A stretch of DNA of 64,000 nucleotides, taken from the NCBI RefSeq assembly GCF_044704955.1, contig NC_091991.1, positions 166,036,001 to 166,100,000 of the forward strand. Direction: 5' to 3'. The notes below the pieces were generated by a model. That model had not been told where the DNA came from, made no database searches, and saw only the letters and a program-made list of their open reading frames with translations. This DNA comes from Pristiophorus japonicus. Taxonomy: Eukaryota. This document shows positions 63,878-64,000 of this stretch, one piece after another. The position numbers and the translations under genes are program-made. Each line of letters opens with the position of its first letter. The stretch's first letter is position 1.

Positions 63878-64000
63878 CATCATCATCATAGGCAATCCCG
63901 CAAAATCGAGGAAGACTTGCTTCCCACTCTAAAAATTAGTTCTTAGGTGACTGAACAGTCCAATATGGGAATTACAGTCTCTGTCACAGGTGGGACAGAC
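63878..64000 (-). mobile_element. RTE LINE 3' end (cut by window edge)
   Basis: CATCATCATCATAGGC tail and conserved 3' end. Confidence 0.85.

Overview
Repeat-dense vertebrate non-coding DNA, almost certainly from a cartilaginous fish (shark). The assignment is inferred from the repeat repertoire: SacSINE1/DeuSINE-type SINEs, CR1 with (TTCTATGT)n-type tails, L2, and RTE/BovB-like LINEs with (ATG)n tails. No host protein-coding gene could be identified; the ORFs in the track are TE relics or repeat artefacts. Main contents: one near full-length decayed RTE LINE (59562-63173, -) and many 3' fragments; a complete but pseudogenised Ty3/Gypsy element (23440-27979); an RT/integrase-less LTR derivative (42978-48752) carrying a 2.4-kb TIR element with a C/G-rich minisatellite; a related solo LTR; PIF/Harbinger-, hAT- and Tc1/pogo-type MITEs; Penelope-like repeats with hammerhead-ribozyme cores; and a 3.95-kb 31/32-bp minisatellite. 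The most unusual object is a ~350-bp poly(A)-tailed insertion at 39339-39690 (-) built from spliceosomal snRNA pieces (U2 5' end, U1-like 5' region, U2 Sm site and 3' stem-loops, a second U2 5' piece, then short U6/U4-like matches). It is a candidate SINEU-like retroposon; I know that class only from crocodilians. It sits inside a 5'-inverted RTE insertion. All family assignments and alignments were made by eye and from memory, not by database search.
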